64,000 nucleotides of DNA from a virus (IMGVR_UViG_3300035141_000033:2401-66400); one strand, 5' to 3'; shown: positions 29,082 through 39,171, numbered from the stretch's first letter. Notes: generated by a model from the letters alone, not told the origin. Program-made: numbers and translations.

Positions 29082-31086
29082 ACCTTGCTCTTTCTTCTAA
29101 TAAATCTACAATTTTATCACCTGCATCTTGGTCTAAAAAAGAACTTTCTCTAAAATCATAATTATTAATTACAGTTCCACCCGTAGCTACTGGTGCACCA
29201 TTTGGACTTGCATTTATTGCTCTTAATAAATCTATATTATTTTTTGTTGACCTTGCATTTATAATTGCTTCATCACTTCCAACCAATGCTGGAAAATGAT
29301 TTTTCGGAACAGTACCATTTTGAAAACTAGGTATTCTCCCTTTTTCATAGCTAGGCATTTCTTGATTTTTTACTTTATCAGCCTGTATAGCTCCAGCAGC
29401 TATTATTATTCCAGAATAAATTCCGCCAAGTGGAAAACCCCATTGTGCCCATACTTTTGTAACAGCTTGTGCAGTGTTCATTGCAATTTGCGCTAAAGCT
29501 AAAGCTTTTCCTAATCTAAACAAAGTTTTATTGCTACTTTGCATTAAAGTTGCTCCATACATAGACATTTCTTTAAAGGCTTGCCATTCCGCACTCATTA
29601 ATCCCATTTTAGCTTGAGAATAAGCAACTTCTAAATCCATTCTCTTTTTACGACCTTTAGCCGCCGCTATTTCTCTGCGTTTTTCAAAAGCTTTTTCTAA
29701 TTTTTCAGAATCTAAATTAAATTTATTTTGCATTGCTAATAATTGATTATATTTTTCTTGTTCTTGTAATAATTCAGCAGTTTCAGTTTCACCTACATAT
29801 TCAGCAAATTGTATTTGTGCTTTAAGTTCTTCTAACTGTCTTTTTGAGGCAATTTCCTGATTAGTAGCATTTATTCTATTTCCAGTATTTTTAATTATTT
29901 TTCCTGTATAATCATCAGATTCTTTCTTACCATCACTCCAAATTTCTTTTAATCGATGCATTGTTGCAGCGTCTTCTCTACCAGCATTCATATATTCTCT
30001 AGAAACTTTTGTAAAATTATCTTCAGCATTTTTTGCATAATCTTCTATTATTTTTTTTGATTCTCCAAATTGTTCTTTGGAAATTGGTGTGAAAAATTGT
30101 AATACCGAAAACATAGCTTCAGCCTGTTTCATTATATCTGCTAAAGAGGTAGCTACAACCCATTTCATTTGAGCAAAAGAATATTCTATTGTTACAGGAA
30201 TATTATTCAAAGATTTAATTGCTATTGAAGCAAATAAAACAAAAGAACTTATAATTCTACCTAAAGTTCTAGCTACCTTAAAAATAACGCTATCTGTATT
30301 TTCAAAAGCACCTACTAATTCTTCTACTGCTGGACGAAAATCACTACCTACAGTTTCAGCAAAATCTGCAAGTCTATTCTTAATTTGAACCATTTTACCT
30401 GCAAAAGTAGTTGCTTGTTCTCTTGCTATTCCACCAAATTCATTACCTAATTCATCTAAAATAACTTTTTGAGCTCCTGCAATATCATTAGTTGCTACAA
30501 AGTTTTTAATCATTCTTTCTTGTTCTGCATTAAAAGAAACACCAATACGTCTTAATCGTCCTACACCTTTAATCGGATCATTTAACGCAGTTCCAAGTTG
30601 GATAGCTGATTGTTTCATATCTTGTCCAAAAGCAGTGGACATATCTAATACTGCTTCTGTAGCACGAGGAAAAGTTTCTTTCCCTATTTTGGTAAACGTC
30701 AATAAAAGAGCTTGCCCTTCAAGTATAACTTCATCGCCAAACTTAGTAACTTGTTGTAATCCTTTTGCCATATTTTCAAGTTCTATTTGAGTTAATCCTG
30801 CGGCATGCCCAGTAGCTTTCAAAGTAGCAGCAACTCTATTTTCAGCATCTTCTTGTTTAGCATAAGCAGACATAAGTTTTTTAATACCATAAACCAAGCC
30901 AGTAATTGCCAATCCAAAACCAAGCACTTTTCTTTTTACATTAGAAAAGCCTTTAGCCATTCCTTTATTGCCCTTATTAGCTTTTTTCTCTAAAGATCCA
31001 ATTCTTTTTTCTGATTCTTCTATCTTTGCTTTTAAACCTTTATTTTCTGCTTTTAATTTTAATAACAATTCATTAGCTGCTGCCAT
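29044..31086 (-). CDS. tape measure protein
   Basis: Ala/Gln-rich helical protein with QLGTALNDPIKGVGRLRRIGV and FAGKMVQIKN; position after the tail chaperone. Confidence 0.88.
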   Translation of the reverse strand: MAAANELLLKLKAENKGLKAKIEESEKRIGSLEKKANKGNKGMAKGFSNVKRKVLGFGLAITGLVYGIKKLMSAYAKQEDAENRVAATLKATGHAAGLTQIELENMAKGLQQVTKFGDEVILEGQALLLTFTKIGKETFPRATEAVLDMSTAFGQDMKQSAIQLGTALNDPIKGVGRLRRIGVSFNAEQERMIKNFVATNDIAGAQKVILDELGNEFGGIAREQATTFAGKMVQIKNRLADFAETVGSDFRPAVEELVGAFENTDSVIFKVARTLGRIISSFVLFASIAIKSLNNIPVTIEYSFAQMKWVVATSLADIMKQAEAMFSVLQFFTPISKEQFGESKKIIEDYAKNAEDNFTKVSREYMNAGREDAATMHRLKEIWSDGKKESDDYTGKIIKNTGNRINATNQEIASKRQLEELKAQIQFAEYVGETETAELLQEQEKYNQLLAMQNKFNLDSEKLEKAFEKRREIAAAKGRKKRMDLEVAYSQAKMGLMSAEWQAFKEMSMYGATLMQSSNKTLFRLGKALALAQIAMNTAQAVTKVWAQWGFPLGGIYSGIIIAAGAIQADKVKNQEMPSYEKGRIPSFQNGTVPKNHFPALVGSDEAIINARSTKNNIDLLRAINASPNGAPVATGGTVINNYDFRESSFLDQDAGDKIVDLLEERARFEGTTLFRQQGE

Positions 31087-31138
31087 ATATTTTACCTCCT
31101 TTTACTAGGTGGTATCTTCTTATTTATTTCTTTCAATT

Positions 31139-31795
31139 CTAATTCATTCTGCTCTGTTCTTCTAACAATTTCAAGATCGATTTGCTGAAAGGTTTTTCCG
31201 AATATTTCGGCATCTGTACTACCTTGTCTTTTGAGCCAGTCAACTGTATGTCCTGTTTTGAATTCATCACGCCTTCGCTTTGGAACATTTTCAAAAATTC
31301 TATTGTGTTTTTTTTTACAATGTCAAAGTTGAATACAAAAATCAAAAATAAAATATAAATAAATTCTGAAGGTTCAATTATTTTAAGAAATTTTTTACAT
31401 AGTCTCTTATCATGTTTTAATTCTATTACTTTCTTTTCTTTAGAAATAAAAGCCCATTTACAAATAAATTTACTTGCATCTTTTTTAAATTTACTATATT
31501 TCTTTGTAGCTGTATAAATAGCCATTTTATTAATCAATATTTTTATTGCTTCATTTGCTTTATAATTATAAGCTGTTAATTCATCCACAGTATTAAAAAT
31601 CTCAAAATATCTAATTAATAATTGCGCCATATCTTTTAATAATTTATCATGTTCAATAAAACCCACCGGTTTTATTACTAAAATAATTTCACCATTCTTA
31701 AAAGTCATAGGTTTTTCTCTATAAATATCAAGATCCGTGAAATTATCTTGTAATAATTCAGTTAATTGAATTCGTTTTTTATTAGTTAATATCAT
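31139..31795 (-). CDS. putative tail assembly chaperone
   Basis: Between the major tail and tape measure genes; ATG at 31795 follows the tail tube stop codon (track start 31846 is probably too long). Confidence 0.55.
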   Translation of the reverse strand: MILTNKKRIQLTELLQDNFTDLDIYREKPMTFKNGEIILVIKPVGFIEHDKLLKDMAQLLIRYFEIFNTVDELTAYNYKANEAIKILINKMAIYTATKKYSKFKKDASKFICKWAFISKEKKVIELKHDKRLCKKFLKIIEPSEFIYILFLIFVFNFDIVKKNTIEFLKMFQSEGVMNSKQDIQLTGSKDKVVQMPKYSEKPFSKSILKLLEEQSRMN

Positions 31796-31797
31796 AA

Positions 31798-32421
31798 TTA
31801 AAAACTCAAATCTCCTGATGAAGTTCCTTCTTTTGCCCAAGCCCAAAATGCTATATTGTCATTTGTTGCTTCAGCTGGATTATAAGGCCATGTTGGATTA
31901 GTGATTAAAGGTGTTTCATCTATTTGAGCAGTTCCTTTAAATGGAACACTGGAATAATCATCTCCTCCAAGAATAACTTCAAAATCTTCCGATGTAATTT
32001 GTAAACGCCTAATATACAATCTTAATTCTCTAGCATTTACATTTTGCCCAATCAAAACACATGAAGGAAAAACAGGAGATGGTACATCTGAACCTATAAT
32101 AACCCTATTAAAGTTTTCATCTGTATCATCATATTTTCTTTGAGTAACTAACGCTATTGTTTCTGGTTGTAATTGTTTTAATGTCGCTTCAATTTCAAAG
32201 GTCTGATCAATAACATCACGTCTTACTTCAGATTTTGGAATACCAGTTTTGAAGACTGCATATTCTACTGTTTGTCTCCATGTTTTTTCAGCTTCTAAAT
32301 ACCCTAGAGATAAAAAACCATTTCCATCATGAAAATCCACATATAAAGCTGGATCATATAGAAAAAATAAATCACTATTTCTTCCATAATTACTTGTTGT
32401 AATATTTAAATTATTTGGCAT
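31798..32421 (-). CDS. major tail (tube) protein
   Basis: 207 aa, beta-rich (SLGYLE, FEIEATLKQLQPETIAL); canonical position. Confidence 0.65.
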   Translation of the reverse strand: MPNNLNITTSNYGRNSDLFFLYDPALYVDFHDGNGFLSLGYLEAEKTWRQTVEYAVFKTGIPKSEVRRDVIDQTFEIEATLKQLQPETIALVTQRKYDDTDENFNRVIIGSDVPSPVFPSCVLIGQNVNARELRLYIRRLQITSEDFEVILGGDDYSSVPFKGTAQIDETPLITNPTWPYNPAEATNDNIAFWAWAKEGTSSGDLSF

Positions 32422-32731
32422 TTTTTAACACCTCCTCTAAAAATTCTTCAGGTTTAACACCCTTATCATTTATATAATAATCTCCTACTGGTTTTCCACA
32501 TACTAATGTAGTATATTTCACACCATATTCGGATAATTGTTTTTTTGTTTTTTCTAACAAGAGCCAATGCCTTGCGGTATAAATAATTATTGTATTTCCT
32601 TCGTCATACAATTTATTTATTGCATTAATTAGGTCTTCATTTATATCTACTATTCCATAATCAGTATAATTTACCATTGGAACAGGTTCGGTTATAAAAA
32701 TAGTATCATCTATATCAACAACATATCTCAT
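32411..32731 (-). CDS. HAD-family phosphatase (capsule-biosynthesis type)
   Basis: VDIDDTI, IYTAR, GKP and INDK HAD motifs. Confidence 0.85.
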   Translation of the reverse strand: MRYVVDIDDTIFITEPVPMVNYTDYGIVDINEDLINAINKLYDEGNTIIIYTARHWLLLEKTKKQLSEYGVKYTTLVCGKPVGDYYINDKGVKPEEFLEEVLKNAK

Positions 32732-33555
32732 TTTCTAAGAACCTTCCTTTTTTCAATTTCTGAATTAAAAACTTTACGCTCTTCATACCCTGAATTTAAA
32801 GCTTTTTCTATATCTCTAATTCCTTTAACTAATTTAAATAAACCAACTGGTTCAACAGAACTAGATTGATCAGAACCCCACATACTTCTGTTTAATGTTA
32901 TATGTTTCTCAATCCAAGTTACCCCTGCTCCTGCTGCTGCAAAAGTAGTTGCTAAACCAAATTCATGTGAACTAAAACCTATCTGTTTTGTCGGATATTT
33001 TTCTTGTAACCATTTTATATATCCAAAATTTAATTCATTTACATCAGTTGGGTAACTAGAATTACAATGCATTATCACATCAGGATTCCCTACTTTTATT
33101 GCTTGTTCAATCTCTTCTTCGGTACTCATTCCAGTACTAATTAAAATCTTAGGATAAAAAGCACGACAACATTCCAATAATTTTAAATCAGTAATTAACG
33201 CACTAGGTATTTTTACCATGTTTGTAAAAAACCTCATTTCATCTGCACTATCTATATCCCATACGGAAGGGAACCATTTAATACCTGCTTCAGAGCAATA
33301 ATCATCTATCTTATCATATTCTTCACAAGTAAATTCAATTCTATGTTTATATTCTAAATAAGTGACTTCAGTTCCATCTTCTAAAATTTTAATTTTATTT
33401 TTTTGATCTTCTGGAACACAAATATCAGGATTTCTTTTTTGGAATTTTACATAATCAAATCCTGCAAGTGCTGCTACATTTATTAATTTCCTTGCAACAT
33501 TTAAATCACCATTATGGTTAATCCCTATTTCAGCTATTAAATTTATTTTATGCAT
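32728..33555 (-). CDS. neuB: NeuB/SpsE-family nonulosonate synthase (short, no C-terminal SAF domain)
   Basis: IAEIGINHNGD, VKFQKR, KIPSA, ISTGMS, MHCNSSYP, GFSSHE and IEKHITL. Confidence 0.92.
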   Translation of the reverse strand: MHKINLIAEIGINHNGDLNVARKLINVAALAGFDYVKFQKRNPDICVPEDQKNKIKILEDGTEVTYLEYKHRIEFTCEEYDKIDDYCSEAGIKWFPSVWDIDSADEMRFFTNMVKIPSALITDLKLLECCRAFYPKILISTGMSTEEEIEQAIKVGNPDVIMHCNSSYPTDVNELNFGYIKWLQEKYPTKQIGFSSHEFGLATTFAAAGAGVTWIEKHITLNRSMWGSDQSSSVEPVGLFKLVKGIRDIEKALNSGYEERKVFNSEIEKRKVLRK

Positions 33556-33557
33556 AT

Positions 33558-33782
33558 TTATAACTCCTTAATATTCCAAATATATATATATTCATCATTA
33601 TTAGGTAAATCAGGAAACTGTTTAAATAAAGAAATATGTTCTCCAAAATTAAATGGAGGTTTTTGTAATTTGCGTAAATACAATTCATTCCATTGTTCTT
33701 CTAAGGTTAAGTCTTTTACTTTATTATACCATGCTTTTTCCATAAATAATCTCCTATTTTTGTATAACCTTTCCAGATACAA
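33558..33782 (-). CDS. hypothetical protein
   Basis: 74-aa ORF coupled within the glycosylation operon. Confidence 0.5.
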   Translation of the reverse strand: MYLERLYKNRRLFMEKAWYNKVKDLTLEEQWNELYLRKLQKPPFNFGEHISLFKQFPDLPNNDEYIYIWNIKEL

Positions 33783-34485
33783 TATTTTTCATTAATTCAT
33801 ATATAAAATCATCAGTTTTTAAATTATCATATTTTTTAAATAAATCGTAAATATATTTTGTATTTTCTAATATATTATGTCCATCTTCTGTTTTACCTTT
33901 ATTTATTATATTTCCCTGTCTTCTAATTTTATCAGGTAAATACCCATCTAAATATTCGCTATAATCATCATGTTTAAATACTTTATTTTTACTAATAAAA
34001 AAATCAATTCCAGTGAGATATAATTCTTTTGGATTTGCTTTTATTAAATCAGTTATAATAAAAGCACCCATTAAAGCACCATATACCTGAGAATGTACGT
34101 CTTTTATAACACGACGTAAAGATCTAACATTAATATATTTGGAATAAGTCTCGTCATCTTTTTTATCTAATGTTTTCATACATAACCATTTAACACCTTT
34201 TTTAACAAAAGTTTTACAAGGAAAAGGTCTCATTTCCCTAGCAAATTGAACGTTGGTATATAAAACATCAATACGTCTTCCATAATCTTTATAATATTTG
34301 TCTTTATCAAAAAACACAGAACCATTGGTTTTAACAACAATATCAAAATTATCTATTTCTTTCCCTTTACCCATTCCTTGAATATTAGGACATGCTCCAA
34401 CAAAACAAACTCGTTTCCCTTTAATATACTCTTTAAAAAAATTATCCACTGATTGACCCCATTTATTTAATTCTTTTAAACTCAT
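33754..34485 (-). CDS. GT29 (sialyltransferase)-like glycosyltransferase
   Basis: RVCFVG..P.....GKGKEIDNFDIVVKTN...YG.RIDV resembles sialylmotif L; ELYLTGIDFF and H resemble motifs S/VS. Confidence 0.65.
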   Translation of the reverse strand: MSLKELNKWGQSVDNFFKEYIKGKRVCFVGACPNIQGMGKGKEIDNFDIVVKTNGSVFFDKDKYYKDYGRRIDVLYTNVQFAREMRPFPCKTFVKKGVKWLCMKTLDKKDDETYSKYINVRSLRRVIKDVHSQVYGALMGAFIITDLIKANPKELYLTGIDFFISKNKVFKHDDYSEYLDGYLPDKIRRQGNIINKGKTEDGHNILENTKYIYDLFKKYDNLKTDDFIYELMKNIVSGKVIQK

Positions 34486-34895
34486 TTAATTAACCTATAT
34501 ATTTTATTTTCTAAAGTATTAATTATTCTATGTATCTCATCATCTACTTCCCTAGATGAAACATATATTTCTTTTTGATTAGCAAAATCACGCATTCTAG
34601 TTAATAATAATTCTAAGATTTCATGAAAACATGTTTTAGATATATCATCTTTTGTTATATCAGATTCTATCCATTTTTTACCATAAGTAATGGTTGCCCT
34701 AAAACCACACCCAACACCTTGCTCATAAAAAGGGTTGGTCCAACAGGAAGCTTCATATTTATCAGTTTCATATTGTTTTATAGATAAATCCCAAAAATGC
34801 AATCCAAAAAAATCATAAAATCGTTTTACCTCCGATTCAAAATATTTTATTTTTTCAATTTTAGTCATCATTTCTCCAAATATATATATATCCAA
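34482..34895 (-). CDS. hypothetical protein, zincin-like HEXXE motif
   Basis: CFHEILE in a 137-aa ORF. Confidence 0.55.
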   Translation of the reverse strand: MDIYIFGEMMTKIEKIKYFESEVKRFYDFFGLHFWDLSIKQYETDKYEASCWTNPFYEQGVGCGFRATITYGKKWIESDITKDDISKTCFHEILELLLTRMRDFANQKEIYVSSREVDDEIHRIINTLENKIYRLIK

Positions 34896-35488
34896 TTTTC
34901 ATCTGCTAAAAATAACCAATCTTTAATATTTTTAGTTTTAACAAAATCAATAAATATTCTTTTCCATTCTTTAACAGATTTTAAATTACAATGAACTTTA
35001 TTATTGCCTTTCTTTTTCTGATCTCTTTTAATTTCATGTATAGCAATGGTCATATAAATATATTTATTAGAAACTCGATATATTTCATCCATTACATCTT
35101 TTTCTAATTCAACAAGAATATGTTCCATTCCATCCTGATGAATTACAACATCAAAAGAATTATCTTTAAAAGGCATTTTATCAGCACTACAACAATGAGT
35201 TATAATTTCTTTGGTAACATGCTTTAAAGCTTCTTTAGAAATATCAATTCCTGTTCCTTCAATATGTTTATAATTATTTTTAAAAAAGTCTATCATAAAA
35301 CCTTTACCACAACCAATATCTAATAAAGTTTTAGAATTTAACAATGCTTGTTTTATTCGCATATGTAATTTATCATTTGCTTTTTTAAATGCTTTTGCTC
35401 TGCCAGTTTTTCCTCCATATTTAAGTTCCTCTTTATGAAGTTTATTATATTTAGCTCGTTCTTTCTTTAGTAATTCATTTTTATTCAT
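34868..35488 (-). CDS. class I SAM-dependent methyltransferase
   Basis: LLDIGCGKG, GIDIS, MPFKDNSFDVV and MEHI. Confidence 0.88.
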   Translation of the reverse strand: MNKNELLKKERAKYNKLHKEELKYGGKTGRAKAFKKANDKLHMRIKQALLNSKTLLDIGCGKGFMIDFFKNNYKHIEGTGIDISKEALKHVTKEIITHCCSADKMPFKDNSFDVVIHQDGMEHILVELEKDVMDEIYRVSNKYIYMTIAIHEIKRDQKKKGNNKVHCNLKSVKEWKRIFIDFVKTKNIKDWLFLADENWIYIYLEK

Positions 35489-36966
35489 TACGGTTTCTCC
35501 ATAATAGTTTTTCTTTCTGAAGGATCAGATTTCAATATAGCAGTATCGGTATAAAAAGAATCGCCTCTTATATGTGTTGTGCTGATTTCTTCAAATATAA
35601 CCCCTTCTATCGTTGTGAAACTATGTTTTCTATATCTTTCAACTAGAAATAAATCACCTTTTTTTAATTCATAAGTTTTTCCTTCAACTATCAATTTCAT
35701 ATCACCCCATAATATTTGGAATGTTTCTTCTTTATTTTTATGAAAATGTTCAGGATGTTCTTGTTTAGGTGATTGAATTATTAGTTTTTTACAATATTCT
35801 CTATTAATTAAATCAATTATAATAGCGCCGTATTCTTTAAATTTATCAAATCCATAATGATGTGATAATTGTATTTCATAAGTTTTTCCTATATCAATAC
35901 CTGCTTCAGTAAGCATTCCTTTAACTTTATGAATATATCTTCTTGCTTGATCAATTTTATTTTCTTGTATAATTTTTTCACATACAGCACTATCCTTTTG
36001 ATAATCTTTTGTAGCAATTGTGGTAACTCTGTATCTATTAAAATCACCACTTGTTGTTTGATTAACAAAACAAGGCATTGCATAATATACATCTTCTTTT
36101 CTTATAATTTCGCCATTTTTAATTTCTTTATTAACATATACGCCTCTTTGTAATCCTCTAATATTTTCTCTTTCTTCCACCAAAATTGGTTTTTGAGCAC
36201 AACCACATATTTCAAAAGCATTAAGAATAGACTCAACCCATGGTTTAGCATCATTTGGACTTATAGAATAAGAATTTAAATTTTCTATTCCAATATGTCT
36301 TTCAAACATCACAGCTCCTTTAGCAACAGCAATTGCAGAAACAAACCAATTTGTTGCTTTTTCATGTCCAGAATAACCTATATCTACATCCACATACCTC
36401 TTTTTCATTTTATCAATAAAATTCATATGAAGATATTCGTTTTCAGTTGGGTATAAAGAAACACAATGAAATAAAGAAAAAGGAATATCTTTATGTTTAA
36501 AAAAACTAACCACACTATCAATTTCTTCTATTGCATGTCCGCCAGTTGAAATTATAAGCTCTTTATTAGTTTTAGAAATCCTATCCAATAAACTCCAATC
36601 AGTCATGGAACACGAAGCTACTTTAATAAAATCTACATTTGCTTTTTCACACAAGGTAACGGAATTTTCATCAAAGGGAGTTGCACCAACTAATAAATCC
36701 TTATTTCTTGCATAATCGGCTAACATTAAAAATACATCTTTAGATAGCTTAGTTGATTCAAATCTTTTAATATGTTTAATCTTTTCATTGCCTCTATAAT
36801 CTTTATGTATAAAAGTTTCAAGATCTCTATATTGGAATTTTATAGCACTTAAAATACTATATTTTTCAGATATTTCAGACACCATATCAATTATCTGTTT
36901 AGCAAAATCAACTTTACCATTATGATTATTTGCCATTTCCCAAATGAATAAAGGTTCAGTTCTCAT
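35488..36966 (-). CDS. neuB: NeuB-family synthase with SAF domain and C-terminal cupin
   Basis: EMANNHNG, IKFQYR, TPFDE, KVASC, ISTGG, HCVSLYP, GYSGHE, FERH; C-terminal HPEHFHKNKEETF...RKHSF cupin. Confidence 0.9.
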   Translation of the reverse strand: MRTEPLFIWEMANNHNGKVDFAKQIIDMVSEISEKYSILSAIKFQYRDLETFIHKDYRGNEKIKHIKRFESTKLSKDVFLMLADYARNKDLLVGATPFDENSVTLCEKANVDFIKVASCSMTDWSLLDRISKTNKELIISTGGHAIEEIDSVVSFFKHKDIPFSLFHCVSLYPTENEYLHMNFIDKMKKRYVDVDIGYSGHEKATNWFVSAIAVAKGAVMFERHIGIENLNSYSISPNDAKPWVESILNAFEICGCAQKPILVEERENIRGLQRGVYVNKEIKNGEIIRKEDVYYAMPCFVNQTTSGDFNRYRVTTIATKDYQKDSAVCEKIIQENKIDQARRYIHKVKGMLTEAGIDIGKTYEIQLSHHYGFDKFKEYGAIIIDLINREYCKKLIIQSPKQEHPEHFHKNKEETFQILWGDMKLIVEGKTYELKKGDLFLVERYRKHSFTTIEGVIFEEISTTHIRGDSFYTDTAILKSDPSERKTIMEKP

Positions 36967-38039
36967 AAATTCAAACTCCTATTTAATTCTTTAATTCTAA
37001 GTTCATACCTACAAATTTTAACAGGAGTAAGCTCATTAACTCCTAAATAATTATGATGAATATAAAAATAAATAGACTTTCCTTCTCTAACAATTCCATT
37101 TATTGCTTGTTCTTGATTTTTTGGTTTTTTATTTAACAATGAAACTTTCTTTTTAAATATTTCATCAGTTACTTCCCAATTTATACCATCATAGGATTTC
37201 ATAATCTTAATACAACCATTTCCTCCTTTTTCAGGAAAGAAGGGAACCATTCCAATAAATAATTTATCATTATCAGGATGTTTCATAAATACCGGAGAAT
37301 AATAATTATCACTTTCTGGATCATGCCCATCAACATTTATAGATTTAAATTCAGACCAGTTAATTAAATCTTTAGAGGTTGCATACTGTACAAACCTTAT
37401 ACCCCATCTTATATTTTTTCTTACCCATAAAATATAACGTTTTATTTGACTATCATATAAACATGTCAAATGCCCATCAAACTCTGTGGATTTTCCCCAT
37501 TCCAGAGCTGACCAGAATCCCGGATGTTTAGGTAAAATTGCTTTTATAATAGGTTCTTTTTCAACCAAATCCCATTTTATACCATCTTTAGATTTTAATA
37601 AATACAGGCCGTCAACATGATTTAAAGTTCCTTTTGCTAATAGTTTTTCTCTAGTTCCTTCCCATCTTACAGAATCTTTTATATAAGGTGTATTAAATCT
37701 TTCAAGGAAAGCTTTTTTAAACTCTTCAAAATCTGTAATATCACGCCATCGTTGTTGATGTTTCCAGCTGTCAACACCACCTATTGCAAATAAACATTTT
37801 TTATCTTTATCATGAAACGGATAAAAATTATGAGATATTCCACTTCCCTTAATAACAAGTTTAGGTTTTAAATTAAAAGTTTTTCCATTATCATGGCTTT
37901 CATAAAAAATAGTTTGGTTTTTTCTATTCCATTCATTAACATACATCCGGACTATACCATCAAGACATTTTATAACAGAATGATAGAGAACTGTTCTATT
38001 TTCAGCTTTGTATATAATATTTTCTTTTACAAAATTCAT
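36963..38039 (-). CDS. Asp-box beta-propeller glycoside hydrolase (sialidase or GH32/43-like)
   Basis: Four Asp-box-like motifs: SHDNGKTF, SKDGIKW, SKDLINW, SYDGINW. Confidence 0.6.
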   Translation of the reverse strand: MNFVKENIIYKAENRTVLYHSVIKCLDGIVRMYVNEWNRKNQTIFYESHDNGKTFNLKPKLVIKGSGISHNFYPFHDKDKKCLFAIGGVDSWKHQQRWRDITDFEEFKKAFLERFNTPYIKDSVRWEGTREKLLAKGTLNHVDGLYLLKSKDGIKWDLVEKEPIIKAILPKHPGFWSALEWGKSTEFDGHLTCLYDSQIKRYILWVRKNIRWGIRFVQYATSKDLINWSEFKSINVDGHDPESDNYYSPVFMKHPDNDKLFIGMVPFFPEKGGNGCIKIMKSYDGINWEVTDEIFKKKVSLLNKKPKNQEQAINGIVREGKSIYFYIHHNYLGVNELTPVKICRYELRIKELNRSLNL

Positions 38040-38041
38040 TT

Positions 38042-38656
38042 TTACCTCTTAAATATTAAAAAGCCATCATTATTTTTAAATAATAATGTTAAACCATAAC
38101 TTATAAATTTTTTAATCCAACTATTTATTGACATTACAGTTAAATGTAAATTTTTAATTTTTGGAAAATCTTCTCTATAAAATTCTTTTGCTTTTTGTAA
38201 ATGAGAAATATTCCCTTCTACATGATCACAAACTTTTATAAAAAATAAATTTTTACAAACTCTTATCATTTCTTTAATGCCTTTATCTAAATCATCAGGA
38301 TGTAAATGCTCAAACATATCACATGTGAAAATAGAATCAAAAAATTTATCTTTAAAAGGTATATCTAAAATACTGCCCTCTACACAATTTATAATTCCAA
38401 AAACATCACATGCATATCTAATCGCAATTTTAGAAACATCTATTCCAAAACCACTTTTACCATTTTTTTGAAAAACCTGTAAAGCTAAACCATTACTACA
38501 TCCTATTTCAAGAACACTATTAAATTCATTCCGATATTTTTTTACTGCCTTAGTTGCATAGTCAACACCATGATTTTTTGCTTTATCGTGATACCCTATT
38601 TGATACAACTTATCATATATATTATAATAATCTACACTCATAATTTTATTAACCAA
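38042..38656 (-). CDS. class I SAM-dependent methyltransferase
   Basis: VLEIGCSNG, GIDVS, IPFKDKFFDSI and DMFEHL. Confidence 0.88.
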   Translation of the reverse strand: MVNKIMSVDYYNIYDKLYQIGYHDKAKNHGVDYATKAVKKYRNEFNSVLEIGCSNGLALQVFQKNGKSGFGIDVSKIAIRYACDVFGIINCVEGSILDIPFKDKFFDSIFTCDMFEHLHPDDLDKGIKEMIRVCKNLFFIKVCDHVEGNISHLQKAKEFYREDFPKIKNLHLTVMSINSWIKKFISYGLTLLFKNNDGFLIFKR

Positions 38657-39171
38657 CTTGTATCCCTAAATATAAAATCAGGTTTTTTAAATTCATCAAC
38701 AGCAGGCTGCACTCCTGGATGATGTTTGTTTTTATAATCATGTCCTCCAATAAAACCACCTTTTTTAATTTTTGGTAACCATAATTCAATGTCTTCTTTT
38801 ACACCTTCACAAGTATGTAATCCATCAATGTACACAAAATCTAAAGAATTATCATCAAACAACTTGACTGCCTTCTTGCTGGACATTTTATTCTTAATAA
38901 TATTACCTTGTTTTATAGCAAGTTCCTCAAATTGAGACTCAACAATAGACATTGGTGTTTGAAAACTTGCAGCATCTTTGTCATCATATCCATTTTCCCA
39001 CGGATCTACAGCATAAACAACTTCAAAATTATTTGAAAATATTTCAGTTGAATCACCAACATAGCAACCTATTTCAACCATTCGTTTTCGTTGTTCTTTT
39101 GGTATTTTGTTAATCAAATCTTGCAATCCTATTTTTGCAAACTTAGCATTTCTAATAGAAATTTTATTCAT
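38638..39171 (-). CDS. class I SAM-dependent methyltransferase (Methyltransf_24-like)
   Basis: VEIGCYVG, AVDPW, FVYIDGLH and GGFIGGHDY. Confidence 0.85.
   Translation of the reverse strand: MNKISIRNAKFAKIGLQDLINKIPKEQRKRMVEIGCYVGDSTEIFSNNFEVVYAVDPWENGYDDKDAASFQTPMSIVESQFEELAIKQGNIIKNKMSSKKAVKLFDDNSLDFVYIDGLHTCEGVKEDIELWLPKIKKGGFIGGHDYKNKHHPGVQPAVDEFKKPDFIFRDTSWLIKL

Noticed and set aside
31139-31846. Programmed G/GT frameshift in the tail chaperone
   Set aside because: A single ORF already spans the gap to the tape measure gene, and no convincing second frame was seen
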